64,000 nt of DNA, taken from positions 1-64,000 of IMG/VR virus record IMGVR_UViG_3300029288_004108, one strand, 5' to 3'. Within the stretch, counting starts at the first letter, position 1. Each line of letters opens with the position of its first letter. Shown here piece after piece: positions 7,861-17,118 of the stretch. Position numbers and translations under genes: made by a program. Origin of the DNA: a virus (Duplodnaviria; Caudoviricetes). The notes under the pieces were generated by a model. The model was given only the letters and a program-made list of their open reading frames with translations, did not search any database and had not been told where the DNA came from.

Positions 7861-9110
7861 TGGAAGGATTTTTTACAAAAAAGGAAACGGAATCAATTTC
7901 AAGACCCGATGGAAAGACCCGGACGTGTTTTTCCTGTGGATTACATCGTGATTGCCAATCACCAAAGATGCAACCATTTGGCAATTTCAAAAAAGGTATT
8001 ATGAATATTGGGGAAGCTCCCGGTGAGATGGAGGATAAGTCAGGTAAACCTTTCCAAGGAAAGACCGGGAGACTTCTTCAAAAAGTATATTCAGAACTCA
8101 ATATTGATTTATTTGAGGACTGTATAAATATTAATGCTGTCCTTTGTCGTCCGATGGATCAAAATGGAAATAATAGGGCACCGGAGAATTATGAAATTGA
8201 ATGCTGCCGGCAGACTATCCTTCGGTGGATTAATGAATATAAACCAAAGGTAATTATCCTACTGGGAAATGTAGCTGTATATTCCCTGATTGGTCATCGT
8301 TGGAAAAAGGATTTAGGAGGAATTACTAAGTGGCGTGGATGGACTATTCCCGATCAGGATTTCTCAGCATGGATTTGTCCGACATTCCACCCGAGTTTTG
8401 TAGAACGATCGGAGACAGCCGATGTAATGACAATTTGGAAATCTGATCTACTCCAAGCTTTTAAATTGCTGGAGGAAGGGGAATATCAGGGAAAGAAATT
8501 CCTCCTTCATCCTTTCCCAAAGATTAAGGAACCAAATATTGATTTCATAGAGGACTTATCTCCACTCGATCAGATTCAATCCGGAGAGGTAACTATTGAT
8601 TATGAAACAACCGGTATAAAACCACATGCTGTAGGACATAAGATAGTATGTTGTGCTGTGGCGGACTCTCCAGATCATGCTTTTGTATTTCCCATTCCTG
8701 CCTTACCCAAACAACGGGAACCACTCCGGCGACTTCTCCGGGATCCACATGTTGGAAAGATTGCTCAGAATATGAAATATGAGCATGCCTGGTCGTTAGT
8801 CATCCTAAAAACAGAAGTACAAAACTGGATATGGGACACTATGCTCATGTCACATATTTTGGATAACCGACCGGGGGTGACCGGATTAAAATTTCAGGTC
8901 TATGTTCAGTTTGGGGAAGTGGATTATGCTTCACAAATATCACCTTATCTTCAATCAAAGGATTCCTCAAGTGCTAATTCCATAAACCGGATATATGAAC
9001 TATTGGCTAAACCCGGAGGATTACAGATGCTGATGAAGTACTGTGCTCTGGATGCTGTATATGAATATCGACTTGCAAAGAAACAACAATCTGATCTTTT
9101 ACCATTTTAA
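7860..9110 (+). CDS. Family-A DNA polymerase N-terminal subunit: family-4 UDG-like domain plus 3'-5' exonuclease
   Basis: CFSCGLHRDC, IGEAPGEMED, PFQGKTG, PTFHPS (UDG4). IDYETTG, QNMKYE, WDTML, YCALDA (ExoI-III). Confidence 0.88.
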   Translation: MEGFFTKKETESISRPDGKTRTCFSCGLHRDCQSPKMQPFGNFKKGIMNIGEAPGEMEDKSGKPFQGKTGRLLQKVYSELNIDLFEDCININAVLCRPMDQNGNNRAPENYEIECCRQTILRWINEYKPKVIILLGNVAVYSLIGHRWKKDLGGITKWRGWTIPDQDFSAWICPTFHPSFVERSETADVMTIWKSDLLQAFKLLEEGEYQGKKFLLHPFPKIKEPNIDFIEDLSPLDQIQSGEVTIDYETTGIKPHAVGHKIVCCAVADSPDHAFVFPIPALPKQREPLRRLLRDPHVGKIAQNMKYEHAWSLVILKTEVQNWIWDTMLMSHILDNRPGVTGLKFQVYVQFGEVDYASQISPYLQSKDSSSANSINRIYELLAKPGGLQMLMKYCALDAVYEYRLAKKQQSDLLPF

Positions 9111-9122
9111 ACATTAATCAAA

Positions 9123-9443
9123 ATGAACCCAACACTTATTCTTATTGTAGGAGCATTGGCAATGATAGTCATTCTTATCGGGGTACTATCTGCTATCGGA
9201 CTATCCAGAATGGATCGTTACCGGCAGGATATTCGTTTTATTGAAACTGTTGTAGAGCACTGGATCATCTCTCAAAACAATTATTCTACCATTGTCCGAC
9301 TGTTTGCAGATATAGAGAGAAATGATGTAGATCCTGAAAGAACAAATAAAGCTTGGAATAGGTTTATCACCCGTTTCCAGGATTTTCATACTTACACTCC
9401 TCAGGAAGTAAAAGAAGAAATACTAACCATAAATCAAAACTAA
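9123..9443 (+). CDS. Hypothetical protein with an N-terminal transmembrane helix
   Basis: Hydrophobic LILIVGALAMIVILIGVLSAIGL. ATTAATCAAAATG leader. Confidence 0.7.
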   Translation: MNPTLILIVGALAMIVILIGVLSAIGLSRMDRYRQDIRFIETVVEHWIISQNNYSTIVRLFADIERNDVDPERTNKAWNRFITRFQDFHTYTPQEVKEEILTINQN

Positions 9444-9444
9444 T

Positions 9445-9852
9445 ATGAAAAAATTATTTGTAATTCTATTCTTGCCAATGACACTCTCCTGTTTTGCACC
9501 GAGTTTGCCAGGAGAGTTTGTATTGGTCCCTGAGAGAATCAATCCGTTTGAAAAATTACTTGAAGCAGTAATTATAACTGAAAGCAATGGAAATCTACTT
9601 GCTTATAATGAGAAGGAGGAAGCCGTGGGATGTTTGCAAATCCGACAATGTCGGGTAGATCATTTTAACCAGCTATCCGGGAAATCATATACTCTTCAAG
9701 ATATGTATGATTACAATAAAGCAGTAGAAGTATTTATGTTGTTTGCTCAACGATTACAGGATCCAGAGAAGATTGTAAAGCGATGGAATGGAAGTGGTCC
9801 GATGACAACAGTATATTGGAATAAGGTAAAAATCATTTTAAAAAGAGAATAA
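9445..9852 (+). CDS. Lysozyme/lytic-transglycosylase-like protein with a signal or lipoprotein N-terminus
   Basis: MKKLFVILFLPMTLSC, AVIITESNG (catalytic Glu-type), AVGCLQI, RWNGSG. Confidence 0.7.
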   Translation: MKKLFVILFLPMTLSCFAPSLPGEFVLVPERINPFEKLLEAVIITESNGNLLAYNEKEEAVGCLQIRQCRVDHFNQLSGKSYTLQDMYDYNKAVEVFMLFAQRLQDPEKIVKRWNGSGPMTTVYWNKVKIILKRE

Positions 9853-9854
9853 AT

Positions 9855-10139
9855 ATGATAATTCGTGAAACAATAAGAACCGCTCGGAAACAATATGATT
9901 GTGATGCTTCCGAGTGGATTACTAATTATGGTAGCTTATCTACAATAATGGAGGAGTTAAAAATGCCTTTTTCTGATCGCAGGAAATTGGTAATAGCCCA
10001 TCAAGAAAGATATAAGATATACCCCGGAACCAAGTATATAGAACAAATAGGGACTTTTGAAGGTGATTTTTTTCATGTAAGGGGGAGGATTGATATTATA
10101 GAAATATGTAGGAAGTATAATTTATTTTATGAGGAGTAA
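9855..10139 (+). CDS. Hypothetical protein
   Basis: Tightly packed ORF, 94 aa. Confidence 0.6.
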   Translation: MIIRETIRTARKQYDCDASEWITNYGSLSTIMEELKMPFSDRRKLVIAHQERYKIYPGTKYIEQIGTFEGDFFHVRGRIDIIEICRKYNLFYEE

Positions 10140-10151
10140 AAATAAATAAAT

Positions 10152-10406
10152 ATGACAAAACAAGAATGGTTTAAGTTGTTTGATGATACCAAAGAGAACT
10201 TCAAATGGTTCTTTGATGAATATGGGTATGACTGGAATGAGCTAATGAAATATCGGGAAGAAGAAAATCAAGACAAAATGTATTCCTATATGAATACTGT
10301 TTGGTATGAATTACCAGGTAATATATTCAATATAATGAGGACGCCAAAAGGATGGGGTGACTTTCTTAATCTATTAGAGGAATATGCAGAACAATCCACG
10401 GACTGA
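10152..10406 (+). CDS. Hypothetical protein
   Basis: 84 aa, A-rich leader, overlaps the polymerase start. Confidence 0.6.
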   Translation: MTKQEWFKLFDDTKENFKWFFDEYGYDWNELMKYREEENQDKMYSYMNTVWYELPGNIFNIMRTPKGWGDFLNLLEEYAEQSTD

Positions 10407-11766
10407 TGAAGCTTACCGGTTATTCCATGATGGAATACTTGCTCTATGCCGAGCGGAACAAGCAGGTATAAGGGTTGATGTGGAATATGTGGAAAATAAG
10501 AAAAATCATCTTACCCGGAAGATAGAACGTTTGGAACACCAGTTTCAGGACACAAAATTCTACCGTCATTGGCAACACTCCGTAGGTGGTAAGATAAATA
10601 TTCATTCCAACCAACAACTTGCTCATTTTCTCTACGATATTAAAAAGATCACACCACCAAAGGAAACTGTATCAGGTCAGGGAGCAACCGATGAAGATGC
10701 TTTGAAGACTCTTAATATTGAGGAATTAAATAATCTACTGGAAATACGAAAGCTAAAGAAAATCCGTGACACCTATCTGGATGCTTTTCTCCGGGAACAG
10801 GTTGATGGTTATATTCATCCTTTTTTTAACCTGCATCTGGTTAGGACGTTTCGTTCAAGTTCCGACTCACCGAACTTCCAGAATATTCCCAAAAGGGATG
10901 AGGAAGCAATGCAAATAATCCGGCAGGGACTTTTTCCACGTCCGGGTCATCAGCTCTTGGAAATCGACTACTCAGGATTGGAGGTCCGGATAGCGGCATG
11001 TTATCATAAGGATCCAACGATGCTCAAATACATAAATGATCCCTCATCTGATATGCACCGTGACATGGCTATCCAGATATTTAAACTTGACTCATTTGAT
11101 AAAAAGATTCATGGAGTCCTCCGACAAGCTGCAAAAAATGGATTTGTATTTCCTGAGTTCTATGGTGATTACTATGGAAACTGCGCAGAGAATATGGCTT
11201 GTGGATGGTTAAAGCTTCCAAATGGGACATGGAAACCAGGTCAGGGAATAGAACTAAATGGAATACATGCTTCCGATCATCTTATCAGTAAAGGAATAAA
11301 ATCACTCACTCAGTTTGAAAATCACGTTAAGAAGATTGAGGAGGATTTTTGGGGAAGACGTTTCCCGGAGTATGATGCTTGGAAAGCCCGCTGGTGGAAG
11401 ACTTATCAGAAATATGGTTATATTGATCTTCTAACCGGATTTCGTTGTAATGGAGTGATGGTGAGAAATGAATGCATTAATTCTCCTGTGCAGGGGGCTG
11501 CTTTCCATGTAAACCTTAAATCTTTTATCTTATTGGACAAAGCCATGAGAGAAGAAGGTTGGGATTCAAGACTCATTGGTCAGATTCATGACTCAATCGT
11601 TATTGATGTCCACCCGGAAGAATTAGATCATGTTGTAAAAACCGCCAGAAGGATAACCTGTGAAGATGTTCCGAAAGCTTGGAAATGGATCAATGTTCCT
11701 TTGGATATTGAAGCTGAAATCAGCCCGGTTGATGGGAGCTGGGCAGAAAAAAAGAAAATGGATTAA
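10384..11766 (+). CDS. polA: Family-A DNA polymerase catalytic subunit
   Basis: RSSSDSPNFQNIP, EIDYSGLEVRI (motif A), RQAAKNGFVFPEFYG (motif B), NSPVQGAA, GQIHDSI (motif C). Confidence 0.95.
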   Translation: MQNNPRTDEAYRLFHDGILALCRAEQAGIRVDVEYVENKKNHLTRKIERLEHQFQDTKFYRHWQHSVGGKINIHSNQQLAHFLYDIKKITPPKETVSGQGATDEDALKTLNIEELNNLLEIRKLKKIRDTYLDAFLREQVDGYIHPFFNLHLVRTFRSSSDSPNFQNIPKRDEEAMQIIRQGLFPRPGHQLLEIDYSGLEVRIAACYHKDPTMLKYINDPSSDMHRDMAIQIFKLDSFDKKIHGVLRQAAKNGFVFPEFYGDYYGNCAENMACGWLKLPNGTWKPGQGIELNGIHASDHLISKGIKSLTQFENHVKKIEEDFWGRRFPEYDAWKARWWKTYQKYGYIDLLTGFRCNGVMVRNECINSPVQGAAFHVNLKSFILLDKAMREEGWDSRLIGQIHDSIVIDVHPEELDHVVKTARRITCEDVPKAWKWINVPLDIEAEISPVDGSWAEKKKMD

Positions 11767-11826
11767 ATTTTTTATTTAAGAATTTTTTTATTTCATATAA
11801 TTTATTTATATTTAACTCATTAACCT

Positions 11827-12738
11827 ATGTCACTATACTTAAAATATCGACCAACTGACCTTACTCAAATAAAGGGGAATTCTGATGTAATCAGTACCCT
11901 GGAAGGGATGATGGGGGACCGACATACTCTCCCTCATTCCTTCCTTTTGCATGGAGGAACGGGCTGTGGTAAGACTACGATTGCCCGGATAATAGCATCA
12001 AAGCTGGAATGTTCAGATATGGATCTGATGGAAGTCAATACTGCAGATTTCCGGGGAATTGATACAATAAGGGAGTTAATTAAAAATTCCCAGTTTATGC
12101 CTATCAAAGGAGATGTAAAGGTATGGATCATAGATGAAGCCCACAAGCTCACTAACGATGCACAAAATGCTTTGTTGAAAATTCTGGAAGATACCCCCAA
12201 GCATGTTTATTTTATTATCTGTACAACCGACCCTCAAAAACTCCTGCCGACAATAAAAGGTCGTTGTCAACAATTTCAACTAAAGACCTTATCGGAAACG
12301 GAAATGTATTCTCTTCTCCGTAGGGTAGTAAGGGATGAGAAGCAGGAATTACAGAAAGAAATTTATGATCAGATCATTCAGGATTCTCTTGGTCATCCAA
12401 GGAATGCCCTGCAGATACTGGAACAGGTTTTAAATGCCCCCGCTGATCGTCGCTTGGAGATAGCCCGGCAGACTGCTGAACGTCAATCACAGACAATTGA
12501 ACTCTGCCGGGCTTTACTCAATAAAGGTGGATGGAAACAAATTTCCACTATCCTGGAAGGATTAAAAGATCAGGAGCCGGAGGGTATCCGTAGGGCGGTT
12601 TTGGGCTATTGTCAGGCGGTTTTACTCAAGTCAGATAATACCCGGGCAGGATTAATCATGGAGGAGTTTATTTCTCCATTTTACGACTCTGGATTCCCCC
12701 AGTTAGTATTTGCATGTTATACCGTTTATAATAATTAA
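11827..12738 (+). CDS. dnaX: Clamp-loader AAA+ ATPase (DnaX gamma/tau-like)
   Basis: LYLKYRP, GGTGCGKTT, IIDEAHKLT, AQNALLKILED, TIKGRCQ. Confidence 0.92.
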   Translation: MSLYLKYRPTDLTQIKGNSDVISTLEGMMGDRHTLPHSFLLHGGTGCGKTTIARIIASKLECSDMDLMEVNTADFRGIDTIRELIKNSQFMPIKGDVKVWIIDEAHKLTNDAQNALLKILEDTPKHVYFIICTTDPQKLLPTIKGRCQQFQLKTLSETEMYSLLRRVVRDEKQELQKEIYDQIIQDSLGHPRNALQILEQVLNAPADRRLEIARQTAERQSQTIELCRALLNKGGWKQISTILEGLKDQEPEGIRRAVLGYCQAVLLKSDNTRAGLIMEEFISPFYDSGFPQLVFACYTVYNN

Positions 12739-12740
12739 TT

Positions 12741-12920
12741 ATGACATTAATAGATTTACGACTTGAGTACAAGAGACAAACCGGAAAATCAAATATTCCA
12801 ATTAACCATGATCACTATGATGATCCGGAATACATTGTATGGTTAGAAGAACAAATAGTAGAATTAAACAAACCCGTCATTATTTGGGGAGAACCATTAA
12901 GAAAGGAGAATAAAATATGA
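12741..12920 (+). CDS. Small hypothetical protein (59 aa)
   Basis: Not in the track. MTLIDLRLEYKRQTGKSNIP...YIVWLEEQIVE...KENKI*. Fills the gap and has an ATGA overlap with the next gene. Confidence 0.6.
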   Translation: MTLIDLRLEYKRQTGKSNIPINHDHYDDPEYIVWLEEQIVELNKPVIIWGEPLRKENKI

Positions 12921-13405
12921 ACTACGAAGAAGACATTAAAATCGACGACACAGCACTCGATGTGGAATGGCTGGAACAGCCCGGATTGATGCTCCGATAC
13001 TCCCGTCATGCTGCCAATGCCCGGATGGAGGTTGATAAGGCAAAGGAAGCATTTGAATTGACAAAAGCGGAGCTGGACAAAGAAATCAGGTCTTATCCTG
13101 ATCGTTTCGGTATTGAAAAAATTACTGATAAGGTAGTTGAAAATACCCTTCCTATGCAAAAAGATTATAAGGAAGCAAGTGAGAGATTGATCAATGCAAA
13201 GTTTGAATTGGATGTAGCTAACGGAGCTTTACGAGCAATGGAAGCTCGTAAGGATGCTCTTGAAAATCTTGCCCGTTTACTCGGACTCCAATACTTTTCC
13301 GGACCAAAGATACCGAGAAACCTTTCAGAAGAGAAGGAATCCCGTCAGACAAAAATTAACTCTTCCATTGCAAATAAAATGAGAACCAGACAAAGAACCA
13401 CTTAA
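12917..13405 (+). CDS. UvsY-like recombination mediator (coiled coil)
   Basis: IKIDDTALDVEWLEQP, helical. Located between the clamp loader and the SSB/RecA genes. Confidence 0.6.
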   Translation: MNYEEDIKIDDTALDVEWLEQPGLMLRYSRHAANARMEVDKAKEAFELTKAELDKEIRSYPDRFGIEKITDKVVENTLPMQKDYKEASERLINAKFELDVANGALRAMEARKDALENLARLLGLQYFSGPKIPRNLSEEKESRQTKINSSIANKMRTRQRTT

Positions 13406-13416
13406 TAAATAATTTT

Positions 13417-14508
13417 ATGACAAAAGAAAGATCACATTCCTTTAAAGGAAAAATTGTATCAAGTGCTGAAAAGCAGAAGAAATCGTCCCGTGGGGGGAAG
13501 GCTTATATTGAACTACCAAAGGGTATTGAATTTTTAAAACTCCCCGATAATGCAAAATCGGTAAAATTGGATTTCCTCCCTTACATTATTACATCGGAAC
13601 ATCACCCGGAGAGAGATGATAAAGCAGGAGTAGCCCTTCCGGGAACTCCGTGGTACCGTCTTCCCGTTAAAGTCCATACCAAGGTAGGGGCTAATAATGA
13701 AGCAGTGATATGTCCGAGAGTGTTTGGAAAGAAATGTCCGATATGTGAATATCAGGTAAAAAGAATCAAGGAGGGAGCAGATAAGGAAGAATTCAAACTG
13801 TTGTATCCACAGGAGCGGAGTCTTTATATTGTAATCCCGGTAGGGGTAAAAGATTTGGAGGAAAAACCTTATGTTTGGGATATGAGTGATTTCCTATTCC
13901 AGGAAACATTGATTGAGGAACTCCAGGAGGATCCGGATAATGAAGATTTCTTTACTCTCGAGTATGGGAAAACAGCTAATCTTCGATTGAAATGGAAAGA
14001 GATTGGTAAGAGTAATTTCCCAGAGATTGTTAGCATTACATTTGAAGATCGGGAACCTTATGGGGAAGAGGTACTTGATGATATCCCTTCACTGGATGAT
14101 TGTATAAAGGTTTTACCGTATGCTGATCTGGAAGCAAAATTCTTTGATCTCGATAAGGAAGAAGATGCTGGGAAGATTGATGATAGGGAACCTGATGAGG
14201 GGGAATCAAAGAGAACAAAAAGGTATGGTCGTCAGGAGAAAAAAGAAGAACCTGAACCTGAACCAGATCCTAAGGAAGAAGCTCCTCCAAGACGTTCCCG
14301 TAATCGTACTCCCGAACCCGAACCAGAATCCGAACCTGAAGAGGAGAAACCGGCAAGGTCATCCCGGAAGGAAGAGAAATCTAAGGGATCCGATAAATGT
14401 CCCCACGGACATAAGTTCGGAGAGGATACTGATAAATTCCCAAAGGACTGTGATAAATGTCAGATTTGGGATGACTGTATAGATGTTTATGAGAAAAACA
14501 GAAAGTGA
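13417..14508 (+). CDS. Single-stranded DNA-binding protein (T4 gp32-like)
   Basis: LDFLPY, CPRVFGKKCPICE, long acidic/Pro linker, C-terminal Cys cluster. Located next to RecA. Confidence 0.72.
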   Translation: MTKERSHSFKGKIVSSAEKQKKSSRGGKAYIELPKGIEFLKLPDNAKSVKLDFLPYIITSEHHPERDDKAGVALPGTPWYRLPVKVHTKVGANNEAVICPRVFGKKCPICEYQVKRIKEGADKEEFKLLYPQERSLYIVIPVGVKDLEEKPYVWDMSDFLFQETLIEELQEDPDNEDFFTLEYGKTANLRLKWKEIGKSNFPEIVSITFEDREPYGEEVLDDIPSLDDCIKVLPYADLEAKFFDLDKEEDAGKIDDREPDEGESKRTKRYGRQEKKEEPEPEPDPKEEAPPRRSRNRTPEPEPESEPEEEKPARSSRKEEKSKGSDKCPHGHKFGEDTDKFPKDCDKCQIWDDCIDVYEKNRK

Positions 14509-14509
14509 T

Positions 14510-14893
14510 ATGGGATTTTTACCAAAGAAAACAAAAAGGGAAAACTATCGACTTGTGGGGGCTTCAATGCCTCCACAGGTTCATATCTACCTTACTCTTT
14601 ATACTCTTGCAAAGGAAATTGGGAAAACTGATGTCATAGCCCAATTACTTGAAGCATGGACTGAGGAAAGAAGGAAGGAGGAGTCGGAGGATATTTTGAT
14701 AAAAGAACTTGTAGGTAGGATTCAAAGGAAATGGTTTGAATTGAAAAAGGAAAAGACCTCTATGACCTTTGATGATTACAAGATTAAGATGACTCAGGAA
14801 CTTGTCAGTAAAGGTCTTCCGGATGATTATATAGTCACAGTGTTAAACAAAATTGAGCAGTATGAAGCGGTCAAGAGGGGAAGAACCACTTAG
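14510..14893 (+). CDS. Hypothetical, possibly ribbon-helix-helix DNA-binding protein
   Basis: YRLVGASMPPQVHIYLTLYTLAKEIGKTDVIAQLLEAW pattern. Confidence 0.5.
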   Translation: MGFLPKKTKRENYRLVGASMPPQVHIYLTLYTLAKEIGKTDVIAQLLEAWTEERRKEESEDILIKELVGRIQRKWFELKKEKTSMTFDDYKIKMTQELVSKGLPDDYIVTVLNKIEQYEAVKRGRTT

Positions 14894-15932
14894 CTCTCAG
14901 GTCAAGCGGAAAGTTACTCAGGAACCTTTCTCAATCCAACCTATACAAAAGGAGGAATATGATGGGAACTTTGGAAGAGTTATCAGCACCGGTAGTACAT
15001 TACTTGACCTTGCAATATCGGGCGGAAGGATTCGTGGTGGAGGAGTGCCAGGAGGGATTCTTGTTGAGATTTTCGGTCCCTCCGGCTCTGGAAAAACAGT
15101 CCTACTTAGTGAAATGGGAGGATCTGTCCAACGGCAAGGTGGAGACCTTATGTTCCATGATCCGGAAGCCCGATTAGATAAGACCTTTGCTAAGATGTTT
15201 GGAATGGAGGTAAAGGAGGAAAATTATAAACAACCTAATCGTGTCCCGGAAGTATTTAAAGCTGTCAGGGCTTGGGAACCAGAAGGAGATAAGAATGTTA
15301 TTCATGGAGTATTTGCCGATTCCCTTGCTGCACTCTCCACTACTCAGGAAATGGATAATGATGAAGGTGATAAGATGGGAATGCGTCGGGCAAAGGAATT
15401 CAGTGAAGAACTCCGTAAGACCTGCAGGATATTAAAACAGAATAATTACCTGATGGTCTGCTCAAACCAGGTAAGAATAAACATTGATGCCGGACCTTAC
15501 GGACAGAAATATACTACACCTGGTGGAGAAAGCATTGGTTTTTATTCCTCACTCCGTCTCCGTACACTCAAACCCGAGAAGATCAAACGTAAAATAAAGA
15601 TCAAAGGGAAAGAGGAAATGCGGGTAATTGGAGTAGAAACCCAGGTGGAGGTTTTTAAATCATCCATTTGGAAACCATATCATATAGCCCCTGTTACAAT
15701 ACTTTTCGATTATGGAGTGGACGACATTCGGGATTGTCTTCAGTACCTTAAAGATTATTACCAAACCCGGGTTTATACCATAGGTAATCAGACCTTATCC
15801 AATTCCATGGAAGAAGCTATTCAAATGGTAGAGCAGGATAATTTGGAAGAAGCCTTGCGGGAAGAGGTAATAAATGTATGGGAAGAAATTGAATCTAAGT
15901 TTAGATCAGAACGTAAACCAAAAAGACCATGA
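14862..15932 (+). CDS. recA: RecA/UvsX-like recombinase
   Basis: ISTGSTLLDLAISGG, EIFGPSGSGKT, FADSLAAL, NQVR, TPGG. Confidence 0.93.
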   Translation: MKRSRGEEPLSSQVKRKVTQEPFSIQPIQKEEYDGNFGRVISTGSTLLDLAISGGRIRGGGVPGGILVEIFGPSGSGKTVLLSEMGGSVQRQGGDLMFHDPEARLDKTFAKMFGMEVKEENYKQPNRVPEVFKAVRAWEPEGDKNVIHGVFADSLAALSTTQEMDNDEGDKMGMRRAKEFSEELRKTCRILKQNNYLMVCSNQVRINIDAGPYGQKYTTPGGESIGFYSSLRLRTLKPEKIKRKIKIKGKEEMRVIGVETQVEVFKSSIWKPYHIAPVTILFDYGVDDIRDCLQYLKDYYQTRVYTIGNQTLSNSMEEAIQMVEQDNLEEALREEVINVWEEIESKFRSERKPKRP

Positions 15933-16444
15933 TAATACTAACTAATGACCCGTCTTTTACTGCTTGGGGATATGCTGTACTGGATGATGGGGAAATAATA
16001 AAAACAGGATGTATTAAAACTGCTCCTGAACAAAAGAAACGGCGTATCCGGGCATCCGATGATCGGACTCGTAGAGCATCTGATATTGTACAGGAGTTAT
16101 TAAAACTCATTGATGAATATGATGTTGACTTTATGGTTAGTGAAGCTCCACATGGTTCCCAGAATGCTCAAGCAGCTATTATGATTGGTATGGTAGCAGG
16201 GATTACCACAGCTATAGCAGAATGTAAGAATATTCCCATTGAATACTATTCCGAGCAAGATTCAAAGAAAGCCGTATTAGGTAAACGAGCTGCTACAAAG
16301 GAGGATATGATTGAAGCTATTGATAAATTATATGATGTAGACTGGACAAAGGTAAAGTACATTGATGAAGCCGTAGCTGATGCTCTTGCCATACATTATG
16401 TTGCTACAAAACAATCACAGATGCTTAAAATGTTAAAGAGATGA
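15929..16444 (+). CDS. ruvC: RuvC-like Holliday junction resolvase
   Basis: ILTNDPSFTAWGYAV, MVSEAP, ATKEDM, EAVADALAI. Confidence 0.88.
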   Translation: MIILTNDPSFTAWGYAVLDDGEIIKTGCIKTAPEQKKRRIRASDDRTRRASDIVQELLKLIDEYDVDFMVSEAPHGSQNAQAAIMIGMVAGITTAIAECKNIPIEYYSEQDSKKAVLGKRAATKEDMIEAIDKLYDVDWTKVKYIDEAVADALAIHYVATKQSQMLKMLKR

Positions 16445-16800
16445 GAAATTATCAAAATCTAAAACTTATAGTCAATCACGACTACGCTTCTTTTAATGTT
16501 TCTATTTACGGTCAGGTAATAGAAGGAACAAGACTTTTTATCATAGGAGCAGAGGACGGAAGATTAATAGAACAGGAGATCATAGCTGAAAACGAACTTA
16601 CTCCAATGAAAGAATTCAAACCATTATTAACCATGAGTGAATTTGTTTTTAACTCATTCCTAAAATCAGTTGTTGAGTATGCAAATAATATTCAAATCAA
16701 GACAAAAGATGAAAGTCTTATTGAAGGTAAACTTCAAGCAACAGAGAAACATTTGGAAGATATGAGAACTATTTCTATGAAATTACTTAAAATAGTATAG
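16441..16800 (+). CDS. Hypothetical protein
   Basis: ATGA-coupled ORF, 119 aa. Confidence 0.6.
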   Translation: MRNYQNLKLIVNHDYASFNVSIYGQVIEGTRLFIIGAEDGRLIEQEIIAENELTPMKEFKPLLTMSEFVFNSFLKSVVEYANNIQIKTKDESLIEGKLQATEKHLEDMRTISMKLLKIV

Positions 16801-16803
16801 GAG

Positions 16804-17118
16804 ATGAAAGAAGATACAAAGTGGAAAATCGTAAATTTTATTAAAAAGATTCTTCAAGTCAAAGAACATACTCCTAATTATATAATTGAGGAAAGGAAAA
16901 TACAAAAAATACAATCAACTCATATAATTCCTATTCATGAAAGAGACCGTTTTCTCAAGATGGAGGAGGAAATGATAATGCACTACGAGAAAGAACTTTC
17001 TATTGGAATTGCTCAAACAATGGTAAGTATGGGAGCAATAAAATTTGAAGTGGAAGACGATACAATGTCCGGTAATTTGAAAATTAGAGCAACTACTTTT
17101 GTACCCGAGAAGATATGA
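16804..17118 (+). CDS. Hypothetical protein
   Basis: 104 aa, packed. Confidence 0.6.
   Translation: MKEDTKWKIVNFIKKILQVKEHTPNYIIEERKIQKIQSTHIIPIHERDRFLKMEEEMIMHYEKELSIGIAQTMVSMGAIKFEVEDDTMSGNLKIRATTFVPEKI

Noticed and set aside
9111-10383. Group I/II intron splitting the polymerase
   Set aside because: The interval is filled with four ordinary ORFs, no intron core or maturase was recognised, and both polymerase halves have their own start and stop.
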